Shown: piece after piece, positions 25,761-38,524 of the stretch | How the letters are laid out: each line of letters starts with the position of its first letter | Numbering within the stretch: the first letter of the stretch is position 1 | Origin: the human T2T-CHM13v2.0 reference genome, Homo sapiens | Length of the DNA stretch: 64,000 nt | Assembly (NCBI RefSeq): GCF_009914755.1 | Contig: NC_060927.1 | Strand: one strand, 5' to 3' | Program-made: the position numbers and the translations under genes | Notes under the pieces: model-generated | Told to the model about the DNA's origin: nothing | The model's database searches: none | What the model saw: only the letters and a program-made list of their open reading frames with translations

Positions 25761-27959
25761 GACAATTACCCAGGAGTTCAGTTGGGGCCAAAAATAAATA
25801 AATTAATAAAGAGGGTGAGTTTATCAGAACATAATATTATGGAGAGGAGGAGGGAAAAAAAAGGCTGTGTTTTGTGGTCACTGGAAGATTGCTGATGGGT
25901 GCATAAATAAGGCATGCTGGAACATCTGTTCTTTGTTGTGCATTCAGCTTTTTAATGTGTTCAAAGAGCAGCTCTGACGCATCGCTGACTACCACTCCAC
26001 ATCCGAGCAACATTTTACCAGAAAATAATAAACCTTCCTGGTGGGGTGCAGGGAGCCAAGGCATTCGGGCAATGCCATTAATTTGGAAATATCTCTTTTT
26101 CTGGGATTTTAAAATCTCTCTCTTTTTGAACATTGCACAAATTTGGGACCCAGCCTAGCATCCCTATCAGCCTAAACATGAAATCAGTCTGAATATCTAT
26201 TCAACCTTTTTTTTTTAAGTCAGCAAAGGAAGGGAGAGAGCAGTGAAGTCAAAGTTTATACACATTTTCCCCTCTGCTTTTAATTCTATTACTGTTAACG
26301 CTAATCTATTGGGATTATTTTTAACATGTTCCAGTATTTATTTGTACTGATAAAATTCAAAGGCAGCTGAGGCCCCTGACAGTTGAACAATATTGGCTGG
26401 TTATTTTGATACAGTGTGGTAGGCAGCAAAAGATTAAAAAACGGAGCATCCTAAACTGAGGAAAACCAGCTTGAATTCTAAAATAAAATTTTAGCAGCAT
26501 GGATTTCTCTTGCCATAGGCTATGAGGCTACTATGAATTTCAGATGCATTTCCTGAGCTGTCAATGAGGTGGAAAGATGAGATTGGCGTTACGAAGATTT
26601 GTTGCAGCTCCATTCAGTGTAATTGCAATGGAAGGTATAGAGACATTAAACCACCACCCAAGAAGAGCTGTTTATGTACATACAGTATAGAAATAGCTCA
26701 CAAGACAACGATAGGACCAGGATGGGAATTTCTTTATGTCACTTTATTTGTCTTTTACATCTCCCTCCTTTTTTAGCTCACAGCTCAGAAGCACTGCAAT
26801 ACCAATTAGCTGCTGGAGGTTGCTTCCATAATGAGCTTGACTATGTCTTATGAAAGAGAGACAGGATCTTTTGGGTTACAGGGCTGTTATGTAAATTCTC
26901 TCTTTCCAACATTCTTTACAATCTTGGTGTCTAGACTCTGGTCTTCATGTTGCTGTCTCAGCCAGCCCTTTCCCACAGAAGAGTTACCATTTGATCTATG
27001 TCAAGAAGTGGGTAGGTCACCAGCAGAGTCTGCTTCTGGGAAGCATTTTGGGTATAGTGGTTCACCCAGAGCCTATGTCTGTGATAGCAGAAGAGAGATA
27101 TTTGTGGCTAGGTAAGTGACTCTTTTAAAAAAAATCCTTTTGTTGGCCTTGCATGGCCCTCTTTTTAGATAATTTGGGAGTATTTACAATGTTTAGTATC
27201 AAGATAATATAAAGATATGGGTTTTGTCACAGACTGACCCTAATGGTGTTATATTTGAATGTATCTATGCTGCTTAAAAATCCCACAGAATGACAACTCT
27301 ATAAATGGTCAACTAAAGTGAACATTTTCAAGGCAGTGCCTTCCTCTGTACCTTTAATACCATCAGCATGAAAGTGAGTAATGATTTATGGACAACTGTA
27401 GAAAAGTAAAGAAAATTCAATTACCTGACAATTGGGAGGTACGTTTTATGGATACGTGGTTAGGATATATTATACATAAGCTTACTGCATATAACAATTG
27501 TTCATTTAATGAATTTTAACTATAACCACACTTGAAAACTTATGCTATTTATCAAACAATTTTTTTTGTATAATGACATTTAATTCCCCAAATCCACTAG
27601 GTAACACATACCATAAGAAATCATTTTTCACATTATTATTTCAGGCAAGGACATACTTCTAATTTACTCAACACAATAGCTTCTAATCAAAGAATATCAT
27701 GTGAAACAAATTTGAATTTCATGTCATGCTTGAATGAGTCCCCAGGTTTTGCATTGTATATGTAAGCCAAGTAAAAGGGAGGAAGATGTAGCAGCATTTC
27801 CATGATGCTATTTCTGTGTATTTCAAAAGTCAACTTTACCTTTTTTGGTCAAAGCTTTAAAGAAAAAGACAAGGCTGTATGATTCTAATATTGATTGTGC
27901 ACATGAAAATCAGTCACCTGCCTTTCCACTACCTTCCAAAAAAGGCTCCACTGTAGAGC

Positions 27960-28345
27960 TGATGTGGTGATACACAGACTAGGTTTCCTTTTAGTACCAA
28001 AGGATTATTACTCAGTATTTAGAAGTACAATCCATTGACAGCTTTCAAGGTGCAGTCCTCTCTGGGAATTGCCCTAAGTTTAAGAGAACTACCGTGGCAT
28101 TTTCAGGGGGCAGCCCGAATCCCACAACTGGTTAAAGTGAGCCTGTAAAATTCTGGCTTCTTCATTTCAATTCAGAACAATTTGGAAAGGCTGCCCCAAC
28201 GTCAGAGCTATGAATGGAGTTGGCTGAGGACTTTGTTGAGACCACTCTGCCCAATCTTGCTTTCTTTTCTTCCATTTCACAGTATACTGATCTTGAGGCC
28301 ACTCCTTAACACACTTTTGGCATGCTAATCTCTGTTTCAGGAGAT
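27960..28345 (+). mobile_element. LTR16C-like ERVL LTR
   Basis: ctctgggaattgccct..., ggctgaggactttgttgagacc, ctctgcccaatcttgcttt, gcatgctaatctctgtttcag. Confidence 0.65.
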
Positions 28346-28667
28346 GCTACCTCTAACAACTTTACATCTCTTTCCAATAACTGCCACTGATTATCACCCT
28401 TGATGAGTACAATAAACCTTCATTATCTTTATATTGTGTACAAGCTATGTTTGTTTACTATTATATTGTTACTTATATGAACTTGTTCTCATTGTTTGAT
28501 TGATAGATTTTTCAATCTGTGAAATTATTTGAATGCATTGGGTTGGGATGGAATGCACCATAATTTTCCTCATTAAAATTCATAAGAGTATTATTTTACT
28601 TAAACACAGCAGCAAGACTTTAGGAAAAGTTAAAGTTGTTAAATGAGGTATAGATTCTATTAGAGGT

Positions 28668-29255
28668 TGTATCAGTCAGAGTGCTCTCACCTGCATTTAA
28701 CAGAAGCTCCAACCCACTGTGACTTAAACAATAAGGAAAAAATATTCTCTCGGTTGGTAGGAAGTTCAACGGTAAGAAATTTCCAGAGCTTAATAATGTA
28801 AGAATTCAATAATGTGATTAGGGACCTAGCTTCCTTCCATCTTTCCATTCTTTCATCCTCAATATATCAGCTACACTTCACGGTCACAAGGTGGTGGCCA
28901 TCACAATAGGCAACAACCCTGAAAGGCTAGAAGAGGGAAAAGGAATGTGACCCTTCCTTGGGTCCATCTCTGAGAACAAGAAAGTCTTCTCCTAAAGCTC
29001 TCTTATTAGACTTCACTCATGTGTCTCTGGCAAGAACTTTTGTCAAGCGTTTATTCTTAAACTAATAACTGACAACAGGAATAAAATTACCATGATTGTC
29101 TTAAATGGATCAGTATTCATCTTTTGGGCCTGGGGTTGTTCATTCCATTGGACAGCCTTCTGAAGCACAAGGATATCTAGTACCTGAATAGAAGAGGGAT
29201 TCTGTTATGGAGGAAAAAAGAAAGAATGGCTGCCACGTAGGTGAGCAGTGATGTT
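28668..29255 (-). mobile_element. MLT1K/L-like LTR
   Basis: tgtatcagtcagagtgct...gacttaaacaataagg...gggacctagcttccttccatctt...gggattctgtta. Confidence 0.7.
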
Positions 29256-30616
29256 AGAAAAGCCTATAAACTTACTTGCTAAGAATTCCTGCCCTTGTTC
29301 TTGACTTACAGGTCTCACTCATAGCTTAAATCTAAGAAGCATGATGTAGCAATGGCTTTAGGAGTAAAATTATTTTAAACATTATTTAATAATGAATATT
29401 TTGACATATGCCTTGTGTATTGAATAAATGTATGGATATATATATATGCATACATAACCATATACCATAGTCATGAATGTGTGTGTTGAGGACTTTTCAG
29501 GATGCATAATAGTTGAATTAAAAAATTAAAAATTTCATTTTTATTATTTATATAAATTGTTTCCCCACTTTATTAAATTCAAGCAAGTCACTTTTATTAT
29601 GTTGGCATAGTTTATATGCAGGACTAAATATCTGTTTACTATATATAAAATACATATTCTTATTATAAAATAATTCATTCTAAATGTAGAAATCTTTGAA
29701 TGTCTAAAGGAAACTCTTTTTTGTCTGGTAAGTCTATTATGTTTTCATGCAGCATATATAGCCAGTGGTTTATGGCTCTCTGAGTTGTGGTATAATGTGA
29801 TATATATCATTTTATTATGTTTTAAAACTTAACAATATACCATAATTAGTTCAAGTGAATAAGTGAGGTTTCACCATATGATTTAGAATGGCTGCATAGT
29901 ATTCCACTATATGGAAGTAACAATCAAGTAATTAACCTATTATTGTTTAGCATTTAGATTTAAAAAAATTTTTATTTTTAGCTATTGTAAAGGAGTTATA
30001 AGTGCATTTGGGTAAATACACTTAGTCAAAGCTTAGATAATTTCTTTAAGATGAATTTCTTGACAAGAAATTGCTAGATCAAAGGACACACATGTCTTAA
30101 AGAAAATTGATTCAAATTTCATGTAATAAAATATTTCTGAAAAATTTCTCTCTGTCTCTACCTTTTTAGCAGCACTAGGAATAGATAATTAAAACAATTT
30201 CCTAGGGGAACATTTATATGTTCTTTTTGTTGCTTTGCAAAATAACATTTTTTAAAATTTAAAATAAAATTAGTTTTTTTAAAAAAGGTAATATATAAAA
30301 ATGGTTGAATGTCAAAAGTTACAAAGAAATCATGAAGTGAGAAGTAAAATTATGTCCTAATTTTTGTCCTCTATCCACCCAGTTTCCCTCTCTAGAAATC
30401 AGCAATTGTTTCAGTTATCTTTTGCCATACAAACATCCACCAGCCCCAACTTAATATCTTCAAAAAGTATATCTTATTTATTATTTCTCATTCTGTGGGT
30501 TGGCTTCGTGGTTCCACTGGTAGTTTTGACTGGACCCTATTGGAGAGTGATTATTTTCTTTACTTGGAGAATGATTATTTTCTTTTTAAAGGTGTGTTTA
30601 ATCTGATTTTCCCAAT

Positions 30617-31790
30617 TTTTTATTATGGTAAAACACACGTAACATAAAATTTATTATCTTATCTACTTTTAAGTGCACAGTTCAATAGTATTAAGTACAT
30701 TCATGTTGTTGTGCAACCATCACCACATCCATCTCCAGAACTCTTTGCGTCTTGCAAAACTGAAACCCTACACCCATGCAAAAATAACTCCCCATTTCCC
30801 CTCCCCCTGGCCCCTACAATGGCCACTCTACTTTCTGTCTCTACGATTTTAAGTACTCTCAGTACTTCATGTAAGTGGAATCATATAGTATTTGTCTTTT
30901 TGTGACTGGCTTATTTCACTTCACATAATGTCTGCAAGGTTCAATCATGTCGTAGCATTTGTCAGAATTACCTTCATTTTGAGGGCTAAAATAATGTTCC
31001 ATTGTATGTGTGATGGTTAATTCTATGTGTGAACTTGATTGGGCCAAAGGGTGCCCAAATTAAACATTATATCTGGATGTATCTGTGAGGGTGTTTTCAG
31101 ATGAGTTTAGCCTTTGAATGGGTGGATTTAATAAAGTAGAGCGCCCTCCCCAGTTGGGTGTCATCCAATCCACTGAGGACCTGAGTGGAGCAAAAAGCAG
31201 AGGAAGAAGAAATTTACCCCTTTTTGCTTCCTGCCTACCTGTTGAGCTGGGACATCAGTTTTCTTCTGTCCTTTCGCTGGAATTGATGCCATTCACTCCC
31301 TTGGTTTTCAGACCTTCAGACTCAGTCTGGAGTTACAATATTGGCTTGTCTGCTCTCTGGCTTGCAGAAAGCAGGTTGTGTGACATCTCAGCCTCCATAA
31401 CTGTGTAAGTCAATTATTCATAATAAATCTCTTCCTTTATGTATATCCTCTTGGTTTTGTTTCTCTGGAGAACCCTGACTAATATGATATATGTATACCA
31501 CATTGTACTTATCCCTTCATTCCTCAGTGGACACTTGGGTTGCTTACACTTCAGCTAATCATGAATAATGCAGCTATGAACATGTGTGTATGAATATATC
31601 TTCCAGACTCTGATTTCAATTCTTTTGAATATGTACTCAGAAGTGGAATTGCTGACTCATATTTCTTATTTTATTTTTAATTTTCTACAGTGGTTATATC
31701 ATTTTACATTCCCACTGATAATTCATAGGGGTTCCCCAACTTCTTCACACTCTTGGCAATACTTATTATTTTTGTTTTGTTAAACTTATT
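30617..31790 (-). mobile_element. L1MB (MB3-like) 3' end, interrupted by an MLT2 LTR
   Basis: aacataaaattta...gtgcaaccatcacc...aagtggaatcatatagtatttgtc. Resumes at ~31487 with gtggacacttgggttgctt. Confidence 0.85.
31009..31486 (+). mobile_element. MLT2B/D-type ERVL solo LTR
   Basis: tgtgatggttaattctatgtgtgaacttga...tgtttctctggagaaccctgactaata. Confidence 0.88.
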
Positions 31791-31794
31791 TTTA

Positions 31795-32140
31795 ATTTTT
31801 AATTGATATCTAATATTACATCTATTTATGGGATACATGTAATATTTCAATACATGTTTACAAATGTGGCAATCAAATCAGGGCAGCTGGGATGTCTATC
31901 AGCTCAAACATTTATTATTTCTTTGTGTTGGGAGTATTCTAATTCCTGTCTTTTAGCTATTTTGAAATATACAATAAATTGTTGTTAGCTATAATCACCT
32001 TACTATGCTATAGAACACTAGAATTTATTTCTCTGCTCTAACTGTAATTTTGTACACATTAAGCAACCTCTCTCTATCCCCCCACTCTCCTACCCTTCTC
32101 AGATGCTGGTAACCATTATTTATCTCTCTAATTTCCACAA
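31795..32140 (-). mobile_element. L1MA (MA6/7-like) 3' end
   Basis: tttatgggatacatgtaatatttcaatacatg...ctattttgaaatatacaataaattgttg. Confidence 0.8.
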
Positions 32141-32900
32141 ATGTGTCAACTTTGCAATTTTCCTTTTGTTATTGGTTTCTAACTTCATCCTGTTGTGGTC
32201 AAAGAAGATACTTTGTATAATATCTATCTTTATAGCTCTATTGGGACTTAATTTAGGGCCCAAAATATAGCCCATCCTAGGAAATGTTCCACTTGCCCTT
32301 GAGCAGAATGTACATTCTACTGTTGTTGGATAGAGATTTCTGTATATGTCTGTTACATCTAGTTAGTTTGTGGTGGTGTTCAAGTCCTCTGTTTTCTTAC
32401 TTATCTTCTGTCTAGTTGTACTAGCAAACATTAATATATAATGCCTTTTGTTGTGTCTTGCAATCTTGTATAAAATTTAAAGTCTATTTTGTCTGAAAGT
32501 AGTATAGTTACCCATGGTCTCTTGTGTCTATTATTTGCATAAAGCATCTCTTTCCATCCTTTCATTTTCAACCTATTTGTGTATTTAGATCTAAAGTGAA
32601 TCCTTTGCAGATAGCAAATAGTTGGATCATATATTTTAAAATCTATTCCTCCAATCTCTGTCTTTAGAGTAGAGAGTTTAATCCATTTACATTTAAAGTA
32701 ATTACTCATAAAAAAGACTTATTTATTTGATTTTGCTAATTGTTTTCTATGTACCTTATAGCTTTTTTGTCATGTGCTTTCTGCATTACTGTCTGCTTTT
32801 GTATTTAGTTGATTTTTTAAATGAAGCATTTTTCTTTACTTTACATTTTATTTATATATTTATTTTTCCAGATTTCTTAGTCTGTTTTTGTATTTTTTTA
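32140..32900 (-). mobile_element. L1M ORF2 endonuclease-domain remnant
   Basis: ORF 32431-32709 translates to DPTICYLQ..HF..K.TNRLKMKGWK...TILLSDKIDFK, matching L1 EN motifs. Confidence 0.85.
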
Positions 32901-32907
32901 AAATATC

Positions 32908-34248
32908 AACTTTTATTTTAGATACAGGGGGTACACGTGCAGGTTTGTTACATGGGAATATTGCATGATGCTGAAGTATGGGGTACAATCCTGTCATCCA
33001 AGTTGTGAGCATAGCACCCAACAGATTGTTTTTCAACCCATGCCCCTCTCCTTTCCCATATAATAGTCCCCAGTTTCTATTGTTCCCTTGTTTATCTCCA
33101 TGTATGCTCAATGTTTAGCTCCCAGTTGTAAGTAAGAAAGTGTGGTATTTAGTTTTCTATTCCTGCATTAATTCACTTAGGATTATGGTCTCCAACTGCA
33201 CCTATGTTGCTGCAAAGGATTTAATTTCATTATTTTTTATGGCTAGGTAGTATTTCATGGTGTATATGTACTACATGTTCTTTGTCCAGACTGCCATTGG
33301 TGGGCACTGGGTTGATTCCGTGTCTTTGCTATTGTGAATAATGTGTGAAGAACATATGAATGCATGTGTCTTTTTGGTAGAATGATCTATTTTTCCTTGG
33401 ATATATACCTAGCAATGGGATTGCTGAGTTGAATGGTAGCTCTGTTTTGAGTTCTTTGAGAAATCTCCAGGCTGCTTTCCACAGTGGCTGGACAATACCC
33501 ACTAACATTGTATACGTGTTTCCTTTTCTCTGTGGTCTTGCCAGCATCTGTGTTTTTTGACTCTTTAATAATGGCTATTCTGACAAGTATGAGATAGTAT
33601 CTCATTGTGGTTTTGATTTACATTTCTATGATGATTAGCGATGCTGAGCATTTTTGCATGCTCACTGGCAGCTTGTATGTCTTCTTTTTAGAACTGTCTG
33701 TTCATGTCCTTTGCTCATTTTTTAATGGGGTTGTTTATTTTTTACTTGTTGTTTTCTATAGAGTCTGGATATTAGGCCATTGTTGAACACATAGTTTGTG
33801 AATATCTTCTCCCTTTTTGTAGGTTGTCTGTTTACTTCTTGATAATTTCTTTTGCTGTGCAGAATATCTTTACTTTAATTAGATCCCACTTGTGTATTTT
33901 TATTTTTGTTGCAATTGCTTTTGGGGGCTTAGCCAAAAATTCTTTGCCAAGACAAATGTTGAGATGAGTATTTCCTAGCTTGCCTTCTAGAATTTTCATA
34001 GTTTGAGGTCTTACATTTAAATCTCTGGTCCATTTTGAGTTAATTTTGTATATGGTGAAAGGTAGGGTTTCAGCTGCAATCTTCTGCATATGGCTAGCCA
34101 GTTATCTGAGCACCATTTATTTAGGGAGTTCTTTCTCTATTTGCTTTTTTGGCCTTGTCAAAGATCCAATAGTTGTAGGTGTGTAGCTTTATTTATGGGG
34201 TTTCTATTCTGTTCTATTGGTCTATGTGTCTGTTTTTGTACCAGTGCC
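32908..34248 (-). mobile_element. L1PA15/16-like 3' part
   Basis: tttagatacagggggtacacgtgcaggtttgttacatggg 3' UTR, and ORF2 C-terminal peptides (WRFLKELKTELPF, KWDLIK.K.FCTAKE). Confidence 0.9.
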
Positions 34249-35290
34249 ATGAAAAAATGCTCAACATCACTAATTATCAGGGAAATGCAAATTAAAACTA
34301 CAATGAAATATCACCTTACTCCTGCAAGAATGACCATAATTTAAAAGCAAAAAAAAAAAAAAAAAAATTAGATGTTGGCATGGCTGTGGTGAAAAGGGAA
34401 CACTTTACACTGCTGGCGGGAATGTAAACTAGTACAACCACTATGGAAAACAGTACAGAGAGTCATTAAAGAATTAAAAGTGGAACTACCATTTGGCCCA
34501 GCAATCCCACTACTGGGTATCTACCCAAAAGAAAAGAAGTCATTATATGAAAAAAACACATGCACACGCATGTTTATAGCAGCACAACTCACAATTGGAA
34601 AGTATGGAACCAACCTTAGTGAACATCAACCAATGAGTGGATAAAAAATATTATATATATATATATGAAATAATGTCTTTTGCAGCAGCTTGGATGGAGC
34701 TGGTGGCCATTATTCTAAATGAAGGAACTCAGGAATGGAAAACCAAATATTGTGTGTTCTCAATTATAGGCGGGAGCTAAGCTATGAGGATGCAAAGGAA
34801 TAAGACTGATATAGTAGACTTTAATGGGGTTATTTTAATGGGGTTATTTATTGTTTACTTGTTGTTTCCTTTAAGTTTTCTATAGAGTCTGGATATTAGG
34901 CCATTGTTGAACACATAGTTCAATATCAAGATATTCACACAGTGAATATCTTCTCCCTTTTGTAGGTTGTCTGTTTACTTCTTGATAATTTCTTTTGCTG
35001 TGCAGAAGATCTTTACTTTAATTAGATCCCACTTGTGTATTTTTATTTTTGTTGCAATTGCTTTTGGGGGCTTAGCCAAATATTCTTTGCTGAGACAAAT
35101 GTTGAGATGAGTATTTCCTAGGGATTCATAAGGGTGGAAGAGTAGGAGTGGGGTGAGGGATAAAAAACTGCGTATTGGGTACAGTGTACACTGCTCAGGT
35201 GACAGGTGCACCAACATTCCAGAAAGCATCACTAAAGAACTTATCTATATAACAAAAGATCACCTGTACCCCAAAAGCTATTGAAATGAA
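34249..35290 (+). mobile_element. L1PB1-like 3' fragment carrying an internal templated insertion
   Basis: [28 protein letters not shown] peptide, gggagctaagctatgaggatgcaaagg and gggtacagtgtacactgctcaggtgac (L1PB 3' UTR). No poly-A or TSD seen. Confidence 0.88.
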
Positions 35291-37735
35291 GAGTAAGTTG
35301 TTTAATTTCCATTTATTTGTGTACTTTTGAGAAATCATCTTGATATTGATTTTTGTTTTTGTTGCACTCCGCTCTGAGAGTGTACTTGGTATGATTTCAA
35401 TTTTTTAAATGTATTGAGACTTGCTTTTGTGGTTGATCTTAGAATATGTTCCACATGTGGATGAGAAGAATGTATATTCTGTAGTTGTATGCAGCTATGT
35501 AAACCTTTTCATAGGTCAAGAACTTTTTTTAATCTAGGCGCTCCAATGTTGGGTGCATATATTTACTATGGTTAAGTCTTCTTTTGAGATTGTACTCATT
35601 ATCATTACGTAATGCCTTCTTCATCTTTCTTAATTGTTAAAGGTTTAATGTCTGTTTTATCTAATGTAAGAATAGTGACACCTGCTTTTTTTTGTTTCCC
35701 ATTTGTTTAAAGTCTGCTTTATTTAATGTAAGAATAGTGACTCCTGTTCTTTTTTCCCCCATTTGTATGGTAGATCTTTCTCCAATTCTTTGACCCTGTG
35801 GATGTCATTACATATGAGATGGGTCTCTTGAAAACAGCAGATGATTGGGTCTTATCTTTTTATCCAGCTAGCCACCCTATGTCTTTTAAGGGGGCATTTA
35901 GACCATTTACATTCAGGGTTAGTATTGATATGAGATTTTGAGATTGAGATTTTGATATGAGATTTTGAGATCATATTTTATGGTATGAGATATGAGATTG
36001 TGTCATTAGCTGGTTGTTATGTAGACTTGGTTATGCAGTTGCTATGGTTATGTAGTGTCTGTGGGCTATGTGCTTAAGTGAGTATTTGTGGTAGCAGGTG
36101 TTATTCTTTTGATTCCATGTTCAGCACTCTCTGATGGACCTCTTGTAAGGCTGGTCTAGTTGAAATGAATTCTCTCAGCATTTGCTTGTCTGAAAAGGAT
36201 TTTATTTCTCCTTCACTTATGAAACTTACTTTGGCAGGGTTTGAAATTCTTGATTGGAATTATCTTTAAGGATGCTGAAAATGGGCCTCAATATCTTCCA
36301 TCTTGTAAGGTTTCTATTGAGAGGTCTACTGCCATCCTGATTGAATTCCCTCTGTACATGACCTGACCCTTCTCTCTGGCTGCTTTTAAGATTTTTTTTC
36401 TTTTGCATTGACCTTGGTAAATCTGATGACTGTGTGCCTCAGAGATCATTTTCTTGTGTATTATCTAGCCAGAGTTCTCTATATTTCGTGAATTTGCCTA
36501 TTAACCTCTCTAATAAGATTTAGGAAATTTTCCTGGACTATAACCTTAAATATATTTTCCAAGTTGCTTATTTTCTCTCCTTCTGTCTCAGGGATTCCCA
36601 TAAATTATAGATTTGCTTTCTTTACATAATTTCATATTTCTCAGAGGTTTTGTTCATTAATTTTTTAAAAAATTTGTGTCAGACTGAGTTGATTCAAAGA
36701 ACCAGTCTTTGGGCTCTGAGATTCTTCCCTCAGCTTGGTTTATTCTGTTGTGAATACTTCCAATTGTATTATGAAATACTCGTAGTGAATGTTTCAGCTC
36801 AAGAAGCTTATTTTAGGTCTGTCTTATAAGTACTATTTCATCTTTCAGCTCTTGAATCATTTCACTGGATTGTTTGGCTTCCTTGGATTGGGTTTGAGCT
36901 GTCTCCTGGATCTTGATGAGCTTCCTTGCTATTCAGATTCTGAATTCGATGTCTGCCATTTCAGACCGGCTAATAACCATTGCTGGGAGCTAGTGGGCTT
37001 GTTTGGAGGTGAGGGGACACTCCAGCTTTTTGAATTGCTACAGTTCTTGCATTAATTCTTTCTCATATGAGAAGGCTGGTGTTCCTTGAACTGTGGTGTA
37101 TATTGAGTATAGTTAGTGCATTCTGTTCTGGAGGTTTTCAGAGGGGTAAGTCTCTGTAGAGGGTTTTTTTATATTAAATTCTTATCTTTGGTTTCTGTAT
37201 TAGTCCATTCCCATGCTGCTATAAGGACATACTCGAGACTGGGTAATTTATAAAGGAAAGACATTTAAGTGACTCACAGTTCCATATGGCTGGGGAGGCC
37301 TCAGGAAACTTACAATTATGGCAGAAGGGGAAGCAAACATGTCTTTCTTCATGTGGCAGCAGAAGAGAGAAATGCCGAGCGAAGCGGGGAAAGCCTGTTA
37401 TAAAACCATCAAATCTTGTAAGAACTAACTCACTATCACTAGAACAGCATTAGGATAATTGCCCCCATGATTCAATTACCTCCCACCAGGTCCCTCCCAT
37501 GACACATGGGGATTTTGGGAACTACAATTTAAGATGAGATTTGGGTGAGGACACAACAAAACCATATTAGTTTCTCAGTGGGGGGAAATTAGCAAAGTGT
37601 TTTTGGTGTTGTAGTTTGGACTGCATTCCAGTAGATAACACTTGAGAGCAATGGGTGGTAGATAGGCTCCTTTGTGTATCCTTGTGTTGCAGCTGTGCTC
37701 TGTGGTGTGAAGGGCAGAGAGGTGACCCCCACATG
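35291..37735 (-). mobile_element. L1PA15/16-like 5' part (EN, ORF1, 5' UTR remnant)
   Basis: Antisense ORF1 motifs (gcttgtctgaaaaggattttatttctccttcacttatgaa, ctctctggctgcttttaagatttt). Interrupted by the THE1D LTR. Confidence 0.85.
37196..37569 (-). mobile_element. THE1D-like solo LTR
   Basis: tgtattagtcc...ggcctcaggaaacttacaat...aaccatatta. Exact TSD GTTTC at 37191-37195 and 37570-37574. Confidence 0.93.
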
Positions 37736-37857
37736 TTGTCCTTGTCTAATAAGTTAGAAATTGAGTGGGTCACCAAATTACAAAAAGAAAATCAACCTTA
37801 TGAAGATTATCTATTTCAAAAAAGTAAGTTTACCTCTCAACACATGTCTCAATGTAG

Positions 37858-38265
<408 letters not shown>

Positions 38266-38524
38266 TGATTTATGACTCTTACTTCTTCATAAGAGAAAAG
38301 TGTTGGACATTTGTGATAAAAATTAAACTGATTTACAATTTTAAAAGTGCCAGAGTGTGTTACACAAAGCATTAACCACCATCTAAGATGCTACCAGGAT
38401 TCTATGTTTAGGCTATAATTCTTACTATGCCTCCATTATGAAAATTCAAAAAGCATTTTAAAGGCTCTTAGAAGTCTCACCTATGGAGTTTGGTTTAACT
38501 CAAGTTAAAAAATAGAGATATGCT

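Noticed and set aside
32431-36408. L1 ORF1/ORF2-like peptides as a functional retrotransposon
   Set aside because: Fragmented by stops and frameshifts, with a large deletion and nested insertions. Inactive.
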